DNA of 35,593 bases from a virus (Duplodnaviria; Heunggongvirae; Uroviricota; Caudoviricetes), in IMG/VR virus record IMGVR_UViG_2703718859_000026; one strand, 5' to 3'. The notes beneath the pieces were generated by a model that did not search any database, was not told where the DNA came from, and saw only the letters and a list, made by a program, of their open reading frames with translations. This document shows, one piece after another, positions 1 to 8,882 of this stretch; positions within the stretch are counted from its first letter, which is position 1; every line of letters starts with the position of its first letter. The position numbers and the translations under genes were made by a program.

Positions 1-44
1 GTACTTGTACCTATGTATTAACTATTTGATTTTAAAAATATATT

Positions 45-1334
45 CTATGCTTTGTTTAGTCGTTGGGGCACCTGTGGGACATAAGTACATAGCTTTCTGT
101 TTAGTACTTCTACCTGGGACTGGTTATTGTCTTTCATCCATGCACCGTAAACATTGTAAACCATCTGGGCATTCGCATGTCCCATCTGGTTGGCTATGAA
201 GTTTGGATTTGCTCCGGCAGTTAAAGCCCAGCAAGCATAAGTATGCCGAGACTGATACGCTTTTCTATGGCGAATTTTTGCTCGTTTTAATGCAGATTCC
301 CATGTTCTGTTGATGGATGTTACGGCATAATGAACTCCTGAGTTACCTGTGCGATCTAATATCTGAGGATTGAAAACAAAGCTGCATGAGTGAGTGCTTG
401 TCCGGCCATACTCTCGCAGCTTTACTTCTATCTGATATTGTTTACCAAGCCTGGTTAATGTCGCCTGATTTTTTAATACGTCAATTGCTGGCTGTATGAG
501 TTGTATTACCCTGTTTGTTCCTGCATCTGTTTTGGGTAGTGTAAATTCCTTTGTCTGAGTGTAATTCCTTTTGACGGTCAAGGTACCCGCTTCCAGATCG
601 ATATCCTCCCATGCCAGCCCACACAGTTCGCCATGCCGCATCCCGGTATATACAGCCAGCGACCAGAAATTTTTAGTTTGCTGGTGGTGGCACGCATCAA
701 TCAGTCTGGCAAACTCATCTTTTGTTAGTGGATCGGGAGGTGTTTTCGCTCTTTTCAGTGATGGAAGCTCACTGAAAGGGTTTTTGCCTATATACCCATT
801 GTTTGCCGCAAAACGGAACATCCCGGAGATAATTGTCATATAGCTATTTACAGTAGGTACACTACGACCTTTAATAGGCTTCCTCTGATTTTTTCCTGGC
901 AACTGATATCCCGTTAATAATTCTTTACGAAAAATGAGAACATCTTCCTGTGTAATTGATGATGCCAGTTTGTTCCCTCCAAGGCAGTCAAGGCAATTTC
1001 GGATAGCTGATTTGTATCTGACCATGGCATTTGCTGTTATTTCCATTTTCTTAAGCTCAAGCCATTTTTCCGAAAGTGCCTTAATGGTTATCTCTTTTTT
1101 TCCCAGACCAAAATGTTTCAGGTTAGGGGAATTAGGGAATTGCGCGGCGTAGTCGAAGCTCCCCATTCTTATTGCAAAACAAACGGAAGTGCGAAGTTCA
1201 CCTGCGATCTTCCGGTTTTTGGCGGTGTCAGGAACACCGAGGTTTTCTCTGACACGTTTGCCGTTATAGTGAAACCATATGCGGAGTGATCCACCATGGT
1301 TTTCAACGCCTGTCGGGTATGATGCGTTACTCAT
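45..1334 (-). CDS. int: Tyrosine recombinase / phage integrase
   Basis: 429 aa ORF at prophage edge; C-terminal catalytic-type segment with R..H..R..Y spacing (AVYTGMRHGELCGL ... HTYACW ... VYNVYGAW) typical of phage integrases. Confidence 0.9.
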   Translation of the reverse strand: MSNASYPTGVENHGGSLRIWFHYNGKRVRENLGVPDTAKNRKIAGELRTSVCFAIRMGSFDYAAQFPNSPNLKHFGLGKKEITIKALSEKWLELKKMEITANAMVRYKSAIRNCLDCLGGNKLASSITQEDVLIFRKELLTGYQLPGKNQRKPIKGRSVPTVNSYMTIISGMFRFAANNGYIGKNPFSELPSLKRAKTPPDPLTKDEFARLIDACHHQQTKNFWSLAVYTGMRHGELCGLAWEDIDLEAGTLTVKRNYTQTKEFTLPKTDAGTNRVIQLIQPAIDVLKNQATLTRLGKQYQIEVKLREYGRTSTHSCSFVFNPQILDRTGNSGVHYAVTSINRTWESALKRAKIRHRKAYQSRHTYACWALTAGANPNFIANQMGHANAQMVYNVYGAWMKDNNQSQVEVLNRKLCTYVPQVPQRLNKA

Positions 1335-1367
1335 TAAACCTCCCAGACGTCCAGGAGCATTAACAGG

Positions 1368-1622
1368 TTAACCGGAACTTGCATTTTTGGCACCTGGTTG
1401 TTTCTGGTTTTCGATCCAGCGCATAATTTCCTCAATGTTGTATACACATTCACTGAAAGGCCCGGGCTCTCCTTCTGCTGCGTAATGACGGTATTCTTTC
1501 CCCAGTAACCAGGATTTTTTTCTTGCTCTGGCAATGGTTCCTGATTTCAGTCCAGTTGCAGCAATAAGGGTTCTTTCTGTGCACCATTTGCTGGGCGTTA
1601 TCTGATAGATGATTGTTTCCAT
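1368..1622 (-). CDS. xis: Excisionase-like small DNA-binding protein
   Basis: 84 aa ORF immediately upstream of int on same strand; basic helix-turn-helix-like segment (TGLKSGTIARARKKSW); position typical of xis. Confidence 0.55.
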   Translation of the reverse strand: METIIYQITPSKWCTERTLIAATGLKSGTIARARKKSWLLGKEYRHYAAEGEPGPFSECVYNIEEIMRWIENQKQPGAKNASSG

Positions 1623-1796
1623 TCCTGACTCACACTATCTTCAGGCCACGGCAGTGGCACCACACGTCAAACATTCGCTTTACAACTTCACGGCAGTAGA
1701 AGCCGTGAGCATCTCTGGTTAAATCGTATCGGTACCCGTATCTGAGTCGTATCCATATTTCAAACTCGCGATTCACGACTTATTCTCCTGCTGTCT

Positions 1797-2039
1797 TTAT
1801 GCCAGTTCATCCGGTTGCGCTGGGGCCCAGGCCTTCCGTGGCCTGTATTTGCGGCGTTTTCTGGCTTCAATGCGTATCTTTGTCACCCTGACTGGCTTTG
1901 GTTCGTGCCGGAACACTTTGTTTCTGATATTACGCCGTGTATTCATCATCCAGATAAAACGCTGGGTATGGTCGCATCCGTCATCAACGGTAATTACTGT
2001 GCGGACCAGTTCATCGTTAATATCAACCATTTCACCCAT
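1797..2039 (-). CDS. Hypothetical small basic protein
   Basis: 80 aa ORF in leftward operon, overlaps stop of upstream gene by 8 nt (operon-like coupling). Confidence 0.3.
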   Translation of the reverse strand: MGEMVDINDELVRTVITVDDGCDHTQRFIWMMNTRRNIRNKVFRHEPKPVRVTKIRIEARKRRKYRPRKAWAPAQPDELA

Positions 2040-2934
2040 TCACTGAGCCCTCATACGCGAATTTCGTGGCTTCCATCAGTTGCGTCCATACCCATTCAAG
2101 AAATTGTGCGTTTTCTCCTGAGCGGTCATATTCATCGACGCTGCGGGGCTTGATGGTCGCCAGTAGTGGCACAATCCGGTACTTCATCTGTTCGGTTAAC
2201 TTGTCCGGTACAAGTCGCCAGCCGTTATATTTCGATGGAACATGGTGGTATTCAGCCAGGAAGCGTCGTATATCGTTTTTCATTTCCTCGCATGAGTTCT
2301 GATCATGAAGTGCAGCGGAAAGCCAGCGTCCGATATATTCAGGGATTCGCACATCAAGTACTTTTTCTGCCGTCGTCAGCATTGCCTGTCGGCAGGCGTT
2401 CCAGCCGTTGACATAGTGACGTGTTGCATCCCATGAAACCTGCACATCAGGGTAAGCATCCTGTTCTGTTCTCACTGGCGGTATCTGAGGAACAGTGAAT
2501 AGTGGACTGACGATATATTTATCCAGAGAGCCTCCCCGCTCTTCTGCAAGACTTTCCCACGATGTCATTGTGGGGACCCTGTAACCTGCTTTTTTGTGCG
2601 TATACATCCATGCCACTCTGCCGTTATCATCTGCGGCGGCAATGCGCTGCCAGGCAGGATAAAGCGGGGTGTATGTTTCTCTGTCATTACGGGCGTCAGG
2701 CATGGCATCAATACTGCAAACTTCCCCCGTAAGGTTATTCAGCCAGGCCTTCGGGCTAATCTCTGACGTTACGATTTCATCCAGTTTTTTCTCCAGATTT
2801 TCTATGTGACTGATTAGCGCAAGGATAACTGGCGGAGTGGCAAGGGAGTGAAATGCTTCCAGATCACATCCCTTGTCTCCATATACGGTATTTTGTGCGG
2901 CGTCACGCAGTGCTTTCAGATCAGCTTCTTTCAT
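2032..2934 (-). CDS. Ead/Ea22-like early protein (hypothetical)
   Basis: 300 aa; N-terminal segment (ALRDAAQ ... PPVILALISHIENLEKKLDEI) resembles the Ead/Ea22-like family of lambdoid early-left regions as recalled from memory; no search run. Confidence 0.5.
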   Translation of the reverse strand: MKEADLKALRDAAQNTVYGDKGCDLEAFHSLATPPVILALISHIENLEKKLDEIVTSEISPKAWLNNLTGEVCSIDAMPDARNDRETYTPLYPAWQRIAAADDNGRVAWMYTHKKAGYRVPTMTSWESLAEERGGSLDKYIVSPLFTVPQIPPVRTEQDAYPDVQVSWDATRHYVNGWNACRQAMLTTAEKVLDVRIPEYIGRWLSAALHDQNSCEEMKNDIRRFLAEYHHVPSKYNGWRLVPDKLTEQMKYRIVPLLATIKPRSVDEYDRSGENAQFLEWVWTQLMEATKFAYEGSVNG

Positions 2935-3155
2935 CGTTCAGACTCCCTTGTTGCTGTTTTGTAGGCGCGCAGGATGTCGCGTGTTTTTCCTGATAATGAC
3001 GACTTAACTAGGAAAAAGCCGCTCCGGCTTTCTGTGATGTCCGGCGTGCACAGAAGTACCGCATCAACGACACGATTATGTTTTCGCAATGTCAGGCGGG
3101 AACTGGTGATAATCAGTTTTGCCTGTTCGCCGTAATCGGTGAATGAAATAATCAT
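2931..3155 (-). CDS. Hypothetical protein (ORF track extends to 3365; upstream part overlaps next gene, so internal Met start preferred)
   Basis: Track ORF 2931..3365 overlaps ORF 3172..3579 in another frame; C-terminal 75 aa from internal ATG is the non-overlapping portion. Confidence 0.3.
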   Translation of the reverse strand: MIISFTDYGEQAKLIITSSRLTLRKHNRVVDAVLLCTPDITESRSGFFLVKSSLSGKTRDILRAYKTATRESER

Positions 3156-3171
3156 CTGATGGCGATCTCCG

Positions 3172-3534
3172 TTATGAAAGTGTTCCTGCTGGTTCAATGC
3201 TGATAATTTCTGCTGCAATAAGCATACCTGCCAGCCATGCTTCGCCGAGCATGTCCTCATCCGTACATGCAAGATCACCGATCTGTATTGTGGCCATAAT
3301 GTTAGTTTCACCGGTATATTCATCCTGTGCTTCTTCATACGGCAGGTTTTCATAAAGGTTTTCAATTGCGCAGGTTATTACATCCAGTCCCGTCAGATTG
3401 CCGACAACGTCCACTTCAAATGTTTCGCGGTACTCCCATTGCCCGAGTGTCAGACGAACCGTCTGTCTTGCCATGCGCCCGCATAATGTCATGTTCGGGT
3501 CGTAGTTCATGATTGCCGCAGTAGTGCTATTCAT
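3172..3534 (-). CDS. Hypothetical acidic protein
   Basis: Track ORF 3172..3579; ATG giving MNSTTAAIM overlaps stop of upstream gene by about 8 nt; acidic, protein-like composition. Confidence 0.4.
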   Translation of the reverse strand: MNSTTAAIMNYDPNMTLCGRMARQTVRLTLGQWEYRETFEVDVVGNLTGLDVITCAIENLYENLPYEEAQDEYTGETNIMATIQIGDLACTDEDMLGEAWLAGMLIAAEIISIEPAGTLS

Positions 3535-4396
3535 GTTCTGCCTCCGGTGTGTAAATAGCTTTGTCGTGTTTAAATTCACCGTTCCAGTTTTTCTTCATAG
3601 GGAGTTCACCGTTCATGTAAAACTGGTATAAACGGTGGCATCCTTTTTCCAGCAATACGGGGGTGAATTTCGTGAATGTTGCTTTCCCGTGTGGAGTGAT
3701 CTGTACTGCTTCTTCGGTCAGGTATCTGTCACGGGCATAAGAGGCCGTGCGCCAGCGGGGTGTTTTCTCCGGATCGCGTTGTTCGTTGAATACCCATTTT
3801 CGGCCAGACAGCCACCACATTATCTGGCTGGTATTTACGCCGTTCAGCGCACGGCAGAACTGGGGAACAGTCATGCCTTTAGAGAAATGTTTTTCCAGAC
3901 TGTCTACGGTTGCAGAGAGCGTTTTATTTTCCAGGGCCATAGCTTCAGCCCGTTCTTCGGCCTCAATAACCATCAACGCGAGTTCCTTGCGAGTGAGTAC
4001 GCGCTGAACATCGATGTTTTCCCGCTGAGTGAAGTAGAACTCCACAAGGTCTTCGTGATAGTTCCACGCCTGATCCGTTTCCAGCAATTTTGCGTGGTTG
4101 GCTGCGCCGCGTTCGGTCCAGAGGATGAGGGATCGAACATTGCTGGCAATTTTCACAGAGTAGCTTTGAGATACTCTGTGCTTAAGTTCACGTAGTTCAT
4201 CGCCTTCCAGCAAAAAATAATGCTTTCCAACAACGAATCGTTCTTCGTTTCGGGAATGATTCTGGCGAATACGGATTGGTGTTGCTCCATAACCTGCCGC
4301 CAGTTGTTCAGTGGTCACAACGCGTTGACCGCGATATTCGATAATTTGCAAATCACGGGCTGCCACCGGCACAAGTTCAGTTGATTTTTTCATCAT
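3527..4396 (-). CDS. ORF6N-domain protein (phage antirepressor-like)
   Basis: 289 aa; N-terminal segment LQIIEYRGQRVVTTEQLAAGYGATPIRIRQNHSRNEERFVVGKHYFLLEGDELRELK matches the ORF6N/KilA-N-type DNA-binding signature as recalled. Confidence 0.6.
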   Translation of the reverse strand: MMKKSTELVPVAARDLQIIEYRGQRVVTTEQLAAGYGATPIRIRQNHSRNEERFVVGKHYFLLEGDELRELKHRVSQSYSVKIASNVRSLILWTERGAANHAKLLETDQAWNYHEDLVEFYFTQRENIDVQRVLTRKELALMVIEAEERAEAMALENKTLSATVDSLEKHFSKGMTVPQFCRALNGVNTSQIMWWLSGRKWVFNEQRDPEKTPRWRTASYARDRYLTEEAVQITPHGKATFTKFTPVLLEKGCHRLYQFYMNGELPMKKNWNGEFKHDKAIYTPEAEHE

Positions 4397-4416
4397 TACA
4401 CCTCACGAAAAGCTGA

Positions 4417-5001
4417 TTAGTGGAACACTCTGGTTTCCGGTTCTGAGTTGTCAGTGGCTTCACTGATAAGCCCATCCAGAATCATGTGCATCGCTCTGTA
4501 ACCTTCCATTGTGATGCCGGTTTTTTCGCCGTCGCCCAGAGCGCCGGTGAATGCTTTGTACATAAGAATGCTTTTGAGCAGCCCTGATTCCGCTCCGTAA
4601 GTTTCTATGAGTGCCCATTCCATATAGTTCTGCATAGCGAGACGTAATGGTTTCAGGTAGATTGTCATGCCACCGTTGTGGCCTCTGTACATGGTGCCCT
4701 TGTCTGTACCGCCATTCTCGTTAAGCACTTCGGTCCAGCCGTTTCTGGTGAGCTGTTCAGAGAAGAACATGGCGGTATAAAGCCAGCGCCAGTACATGAT
4801 TGTCTTTTCCGGCGCGAGCTCACCTGTCATGCCTTTTTCTTCTGCTTCACTGATGCAACACACTATTTCCAGACCATGCCAGATCGGCTCGTCAAAACAG
4901 CCTTCATCGAGCATTTCCAGTGCTTTGTTGATATCAAGCAGTCCGTAAGGTGTGTGGATACCTTCAGCGGTAAGAAAAAATAACTGTTCAGTTGCAGTCA
5001 T
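4417..5001 (-). CDS. Hypothetical protein (track ORF runs to 5190; internal Met start chosen to give 14-nt overlap with upstream gene)
   Basis: Six-frame track ORF 4417..5190; N-terminal 63 codons overlap the 4988..5548 ORF. Confidence 0.45.
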   Translation of the reverse strand: MTATEQLFFLTAEGIHTPYGLLDINKALEMLDEGCFDEPIWHGLEIVCCISEAEEKGMTGELAPEKTIMYWRWLYTAMFFSEQLTRNGWTEVLNENGGTDKGTMYRGHNGGMTIYLKPLRLAMQNYMEWALIETYGAESGLLKSILMYKAFTGALGDGEKTGITMEGYRAMHMILDGLISEATDNSEPETRVFH

Positions 5002-5548
5002 GGTTTGCTCTCTTCTTAAATGGTCTTTGCGCGACAAGCCGGCAATACTGATCAATCCAGGCGTTGTATTTTTCCATCCAGGCATCAAACTGTTTTCTGC
5101 GTGCAAGGATGCGCAACAGGCGATAAAAACAACGCCCGTGAGCTCTGTAGTATTCGGGCGTAATTTCTCCCGGATGAAAGACTTCTCCATATTCCGGATG
5201 CATCAGGCGCTGGTCAGGCAGACGTTTTTCAAAACCTGAACTTTCGAATACCTTCGTTGTCATAAAATGAGCGAGATGTATGATGGCCGTTTTTCGCGTG
5301 AAGCATTTCTTAACTTGTCCGTGGCGGCAGACTCTGTAAACAGGGCCGCAATCGAGTTCGTATTTATGAAAAGCACGGTCGATTCCGGCATTATTTATTG
5401 CACTGTATTCCGCATCACTGAAGAAAGGTGGAAATACGATGTATCCTTCCATTGTCAGCGCCAGAACGCGCGGATCGGTTTCTGTCAGCCATTCGTTTTC
5501 TGTGAATTCTTCAGAATTAATTTCAATGATTTCAGGTTCTTCTTTCAT
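4988..5548 (-). CDS. Hypothetical protein
   Basis: 186 aa ORF, acidic N-terminus, no recognised motif. Confidence 0.5.
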   Translation of the reverse strand: MKEEPEIIEINSEEFTENEWLTETDPRVLALTMEGYIVFPPFFSDAEYSAINNAGIDRAFHKYELDCGPVYRVCRHGQVKKCFTRKTAIIHLAHFMTTKVFESSGFEKRLPDQRLMHPEYGEVFHPGEITPEYYRAHGRCFYRLLRILARRKQFDAWMEKYNAWIDQYCRLVAQRPFKKRANHDCN

Positions 5549-5720
5549 GGTTACTCCGTGTTCATCCGGTGTTAATTACTTTTATTCACTCTGAGCGCAG
5601 CCAGAAGATGTGGCTCAGCAATTCGTTTGTTGCGATATATCTGTGATACAGCCTGGCCTTTTCAGGTTGTAAAAATCCCCGACAATAAAGCTGTAAATTA
5701 ATTACTGTTCTTAAATAATG

Positions 5721-5915
5721 TTATTCGTTTTCAGTCCGGCACAGATGCTTTTCTGCTTTGTCTGCTGTACAGGATAATGAGCGGAAAAGACAATTCATCA
5801 TGTTTAGCGCATCTGGTGAACCAATATCACCGCTGTCAATAATCACCTGTAACAAAGACAGGCTTTCTGTTATCTCGCAGTGGACATTATCGAGTACTTC
5901 AACGCAATTATTCAT
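5721..5915 (-). CDS. Small acidic protein, paralogue of 6493..6693
   Basis: 64 aa; shared pattern E-I-x-E-x-x-S-x-L ... SGD-x-G ... CL-x-RS with the ORF at 6493..6693. Confidence 0.4.
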   Translation of the reverse strand: MNNCVEVLDNVHCEITESLSLLQVIIDSGDIGSPDALNMMNCLFRSLSCTADKAEKHLCRTENE

Positions 5916-5955
5916 TTTTCATTATCTCCGTTATTCCGGGAGAGGAGCTATGCTG

Positions 5956-6318
5956 TTAATGATTAACGCATCTGGTAATATGCCCCTCTTTAATGTAATC
6001 GATGCATTCATTCAAAAGTTCATCAATGATTAACTTTCCTGATTCAGTCAGATACTCACCATGTTGGTTGATACCGACAGCATCCTGGTATGCAGTGCGT
6101 ATTGCTGTTTCACCATCTTTCCGCCCAAACTCACCACGGGTAACGCCTTCAAATCGTAATAGCAACTGGCTTATGAACTGTTCTGTTATTTCAATAGTTG
6201 TTAACTCTCCATCATGACGCTTTACAGTGAGGAGGTTACTTCCTGTTTTTCGTTTCATCCGCCGCAGTGCTGCAACCGTTATGCGGCGACGATATGCAGA
6301 AATGTATTCATCTTTCAT
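5956..6318 (-). CDS. Hypothetical protein
   Basis: 120 aa ORF in leftward operon. Confidence 0.4.
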   Translation of the reverse strand: MKDEYISAYRRRITVAALRRMKRKTGSNLLTVKRHDGELTTIEITEQFISQLLLRFEGVTRGEFGRKDGETAIRTAYQDAVGINQHGEYLTESGKLIIDELLNECIDYIKEGHITRCVNH

Positions 6319-6492
6319 TTGTTATTTCCCGTATGCCTTTTTGAGAAACAATACTGCAACTGACCAGTATCCGGCATCAGCCATTAATAAAGCGGTTTTA
6401 TAGGCATGTTTGTCTTTCATGTGTCATCCCCATTTTAAAATAGTGAGAACTCCCGACCGCAGACCGTCATGTTTTTATGTATGATTGTCTGT

Positions 6493-6693
6493 TTAATTTC
6501 CTTTATTCGTTCTCAGAGCATCAACATACTCGTAAGCCTTTTCACAGGTTTTATTCATGGAACGAATCAGACAAAGTAAGAAATCATCTGTCTCTCCGTT
6601 ATCACCAGAGTTTTTAAATATAAACTCAAGCATTGACGTGTTTTCTTTTATTTCTGCTGCCACTTCCTCAAGCATAATCAGGGGAGTTTTCAT
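6493..6693 (-). CDS. Small acidic protein, paralogue of 5721..5915
   Basis: 66 aa; see paralogue; 4-nt overlap with upstream ORF. Confidence 0.4.
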   Translation of the reverse strand: MKTPLIMLEEVAAEIKENTSMLEFIFKNSGDNGETDDFLLCLIRSMNKTCEKAYEYVDALRTNKGN

Positions 6694-6881
6694 GTTCTTT
6701 GTTCCTTAAATGCATCGCATGCGCTTCTGGCGTATTGTTGTGCCAGTAAAAATATGTCATCCGAAAGTTCATCACATTCTTCATCACTGGAAGCCGAAAT
6801 GATTAACCCCGCTTCAAGCAGTACTGCAATGTGATGAAAAGCTGTTTCCGGTTCGTTGGTGAGGCCTTTGAACATTTTCAT
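6690..6881 (-). CDS. Hypothetical small acidic protein (internal Met start MKMFKG preferred over track start 6944)
   Basis: Track ORF 6690..6944 overlaps HTH gene; internal ATG leaves about 1-nt gap. Confidence 0.35.
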   Translation of the reverse strand: MKMFKGLTNEPETAFHHIAVLLEAGLIISASSDEECDELSDDIFLLAQQYARSACDAFKEQRT

Positions 6882-6882
6882 C

Positions 6883-7260
6883 TTACGATTCCTTTGTCGT
6901 GTCAGAATGGAAACTTGTAAGTAACCACATCGGATCGCAGTCAAGTATATTTGCCAGAGGAATCACCTGGCTTGCCAGAGGTTCAGCCTTGCCGTTCTCC
7001 CACTGGATGATGGTTTCTTCATCAACTCCAAGCAGCGTGGCGAGTTCAGCGGTGGATAGACCGCAGCTTTCGCGTTGGGTGCGGATGCCATCACGGCAAT
7101 CTTTTTTGTTTCTCGGAGGTAACAGAATATGTTTTAGTTGTTGGATTTTTTCGATTCCAACCTCAAGGAGTACGTGACGGTTTCTTTCCGATACAGACTC
7201 GAGACTTTCATGAAGCAGCGATTCTACTTGTTCGATAAGCATCAATTGTGAAGTAGACAT
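6883..7260 (-). CDS. XRE-family helix-turn-helix protein with N-terminal extension
   Basis: 125 aa; C-terminal half CGLSTAELATLLGVDEETIIQWENGKAEPLASQVIPLANILDCDPMWLL is a textbook XRE HTH; first gene of the leftward operon next to cI. Confidence 0.55.
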   Translation of the reverse strand: MSTSQLMLIEQVESLLHESLESVSERNRHVLLEVGIEKIQQLKHILLPPRNKKDCRDGIRTQRESCGLSTAELATLLGVDEETIIQWENGKAEPLASQVIPLANILDCDPMWLLTSFHSDTTKES

Positions 7261-7267
7261 AAAAAAA

Positions 7268-7302
7268 CCTCGTAACCAATATTTCGAAATCTAGGTTACG
7301 AG
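7268..7302 (-). promoter_or_regulatory. Palindromic element downstream of cI: hairpin plus T7 tail on minus strand (terminator and/or OL-like operator)
   Basis: CTCGTAACC ... GGTTACGAG arms around inner palindrome ATTTCGAAAT; plus-strand A7 at 7261-7267 gives a T-tail on the minus-strand transcript. Confidence 0.4.
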
Positions 7303-7345
7303 TGAGTAATGTAGGTGTCAAGAGCAATTAATGTTTTTTGTTGAA

Positions 7346-8053
7346 TTAAATTTGCATACGCATCTCAACGACAACACCAATAATTTCGCAATCCCCATTG
7401 ATGGGGATCAGTGGATAGCGTGGGTTTAGTGGCTTTAGGAAACATTGCCCAGCGTCTTCTATGTACTGTTTAAGGGTTGCCTCTCCGGAGTTTTTGAGCC
7501 TGGCGACGACATATTTTCCTGAAAAAACTTCTTTGTCAGGGTTAACAAGAATGTTCATGCCTTCAAAAATAGAGAACTCTCCATTCTGTGATGTCATTGA
7601 GTCCCCTTTCACTTCCAGCCAGAAGCCGTGATCGCCCGCATATATATCACTACCAATCCATTCTTCTGGATAAGCTATGTAATCTTCGCAGTTCCAGGGG
7701 CCAGCACTCACCCATGTTAGTTTCGGATATCTATAACGGTTTGGAGAAACTGGCTTAGGATTTCGGACGTTTTGAATGCTATCTGTAGGTGATGGGGCGC
7801 TGCCGTCAAGAAGCCATTTAGGAGAGCATTTCAATGCATCCGCGATTCTAAATAGGTTTGAAGATCTTGTGTCTTGTGAGTCTCCTAACTCTATTTTGCT
7901 GATTGTTACACGCGAGACACCAGTCAATTTTGCCAGGTCATCTTGTGACATTCCTAGCTGTACTCTGCGCATTAACAGTCTGCCACCAAAGCTATCGTGA
8001 TCCATCTTCTCCCCCTTCTTGTCGAAATAATCGTTTCGAAACAAATATAGCAA
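7346..8053 (-). CDS. cI: CI-like prophage repressor (HTH plus S24 LexA-type peptidase domain)
   Basis: N-terminal HTH (LGMSQDDLAKLTGVSRVTISKIELG) and C-terminal autocleavage-type domain (GDSM ... ARLKNSGEATLKQY); track start is TTG, probable true start is ATG about 8005 (MDHDSF). Confidence 0.85.
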   Translation of the reverse strand: MLYLFRNDYFDKKGEKMDHDSFGGRLLMRRVQLGMSQDDLAKLTGVSRVTISKIELGDSQDTRSSNLFRIADALKCSPKWLLDGSAPSPTDSIQNVRNPKPVSPNRYRYPKLTWVSAGPWNCEDYIAYPEEWIGSDIYAGDHGFWLEVKGDSMTSQNGEFSIFEGMNILVNPDKEVFSGKYVVARLKNSGEATLKQYIEDAGQCFLKPLNPRYPLIPINGDCEIIGVVVEMRMQI

Positions 8054-8110
8054 AAAATCTTGAAATCTAGGTTTCGGAAAATTAAGATTAATCGAAACAA
8101 ACGTGTCGAG
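8021..8110. promoter_or_regulatory. cI-cro divergent control region with repeated TTTCGAAA-type palindromes (OR-like operators)
   Basis: GTTTCGAAAC perfect palindrome about 8033-8042; TCGAAAT, TTTCGGAAA, TCGAAAC half-sites; 12-mer GAAATCTAGGTT about 8062-8073 shared with the element near 7286. Confidence 0.45.
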
Positions 8111-8116
8111 GTGGAT

Positions 8117-8326
8117 ATGGATTTGTATGAAATTCTAAAAAACATGTTTGGATCGAATGTTGAAATAGGTCGTTATTTTCCCCGAAGGGGAAGGGCTAGA
8201 ACCGGACAGGCTGTAGGTAAGTGGAAAACCCGAGGTGTGCCGGAAGATGTGGCGATCCTTTGTCATCTGGATCCCAAAATTCCTTATCAGCATCCGTCGC
8301 TCATGAATGCCAGTCATGAATCGTGA
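8117..8326 (+). CDS. cro: Cro-like small regulator
   Basis: Divergent from cI across a palindrome-rich intergenic region; GAGGTGG Shine-Dalgarno about 4 nt upstream of ATG 8117; AVGKWKTRGVPEDVAI resembles Cro/YdaS-type recognition helix region. Confidence 0.5.
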   Translation: MDLYEILKNMFGSNVEIGRYFPRRGRARTGQAVGKWKTRGVPEDVAILCHLDPKIPYQHPSLMNASHES

Positions 8327-8344
8327 TGTTCTGCCGGAGGCTGT

Positions 8345-8638
8345 ATGTCCCCTGATTACGTTCAGATGGAGATGCCTGCCAGGTACAGCCAGGCAGATTC
8401 AGAGTGGATTAAGCGGCAGTTACAGAGCCTGCCTTCCTCACTGAGACAGAAGGTCGCCCTGAAATACGAGGAGGTTTACGAAGTTACTTTTGATTCCGAG
8501 CCTGTTTCATTCCGTAAGGAGAACAGAGCGAGGCATGAAGCCAATGTACGGCTGCGCAGGTTCGTTGAAACACACGGGCGTGCATTACAGGGGTATACGA
8601 CTCAGCCGCCCCTGGCAGGAACGCAACAGCGTACCTGA
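8345..8638 (+). CDS. Hypothetical early protein (cII position)
   Basis: 97 aa ORF directly after cro; no motif recognised. Confidence 0.45.
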   Translation: MSPDYVQMEMPARYSQADSEWIKRQLQSLPSSLRQKVALKYEEVYEVTFDSEPVSFRKENRARHEANVRLRRFVETHGRALQGYTTQPPLAGTQQRT

Positions 8639-8727
8639 ATGGTGTTGGTCTTAAAGGTGACCGACGGGCTGAGACCCCACTTCTCAGGATGCACCTGTGT
8701 ACTACCAAGCTAGTGCATAAGTTGAGA

Positions 8728-8746
8728 GGGGGGGGGTAAGGGGGGG
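8728..8746. repeat. Homopolymeric G tracts G9-TAA-G7 in intergenic region
   Basis: GAGGGGGGGGGTAAGGGGGGGAG read directly from sequence. Confidence 0.8.
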
Positions 8747-8882
8747 AGTGCCCGTGTGTTAGTGCGAAGCACTGGAACGGGATCTTCCAACAGACGGGTA
8801 CAGAGGTTAGGTAGATCTCGATCTAAAGGGGCATCCCTGAAAAAACGGACGTATCAGCAAACTAGTACATCATGGTTAAAAT

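Noticed and set aside
3635-4195. 186-aa plus-strand ORF
   Set aside because: Entirely antisense to the ORF6N-domain gene, which has the clear domain signature.
8060-8116. TTG-initiated N-terminal extension of the cro-like ORF
   Set aside because: Would start inside the operator region with no ribosome-binding site; ATG at 8117 has a GAGGTGG Shine-Dalgarno.
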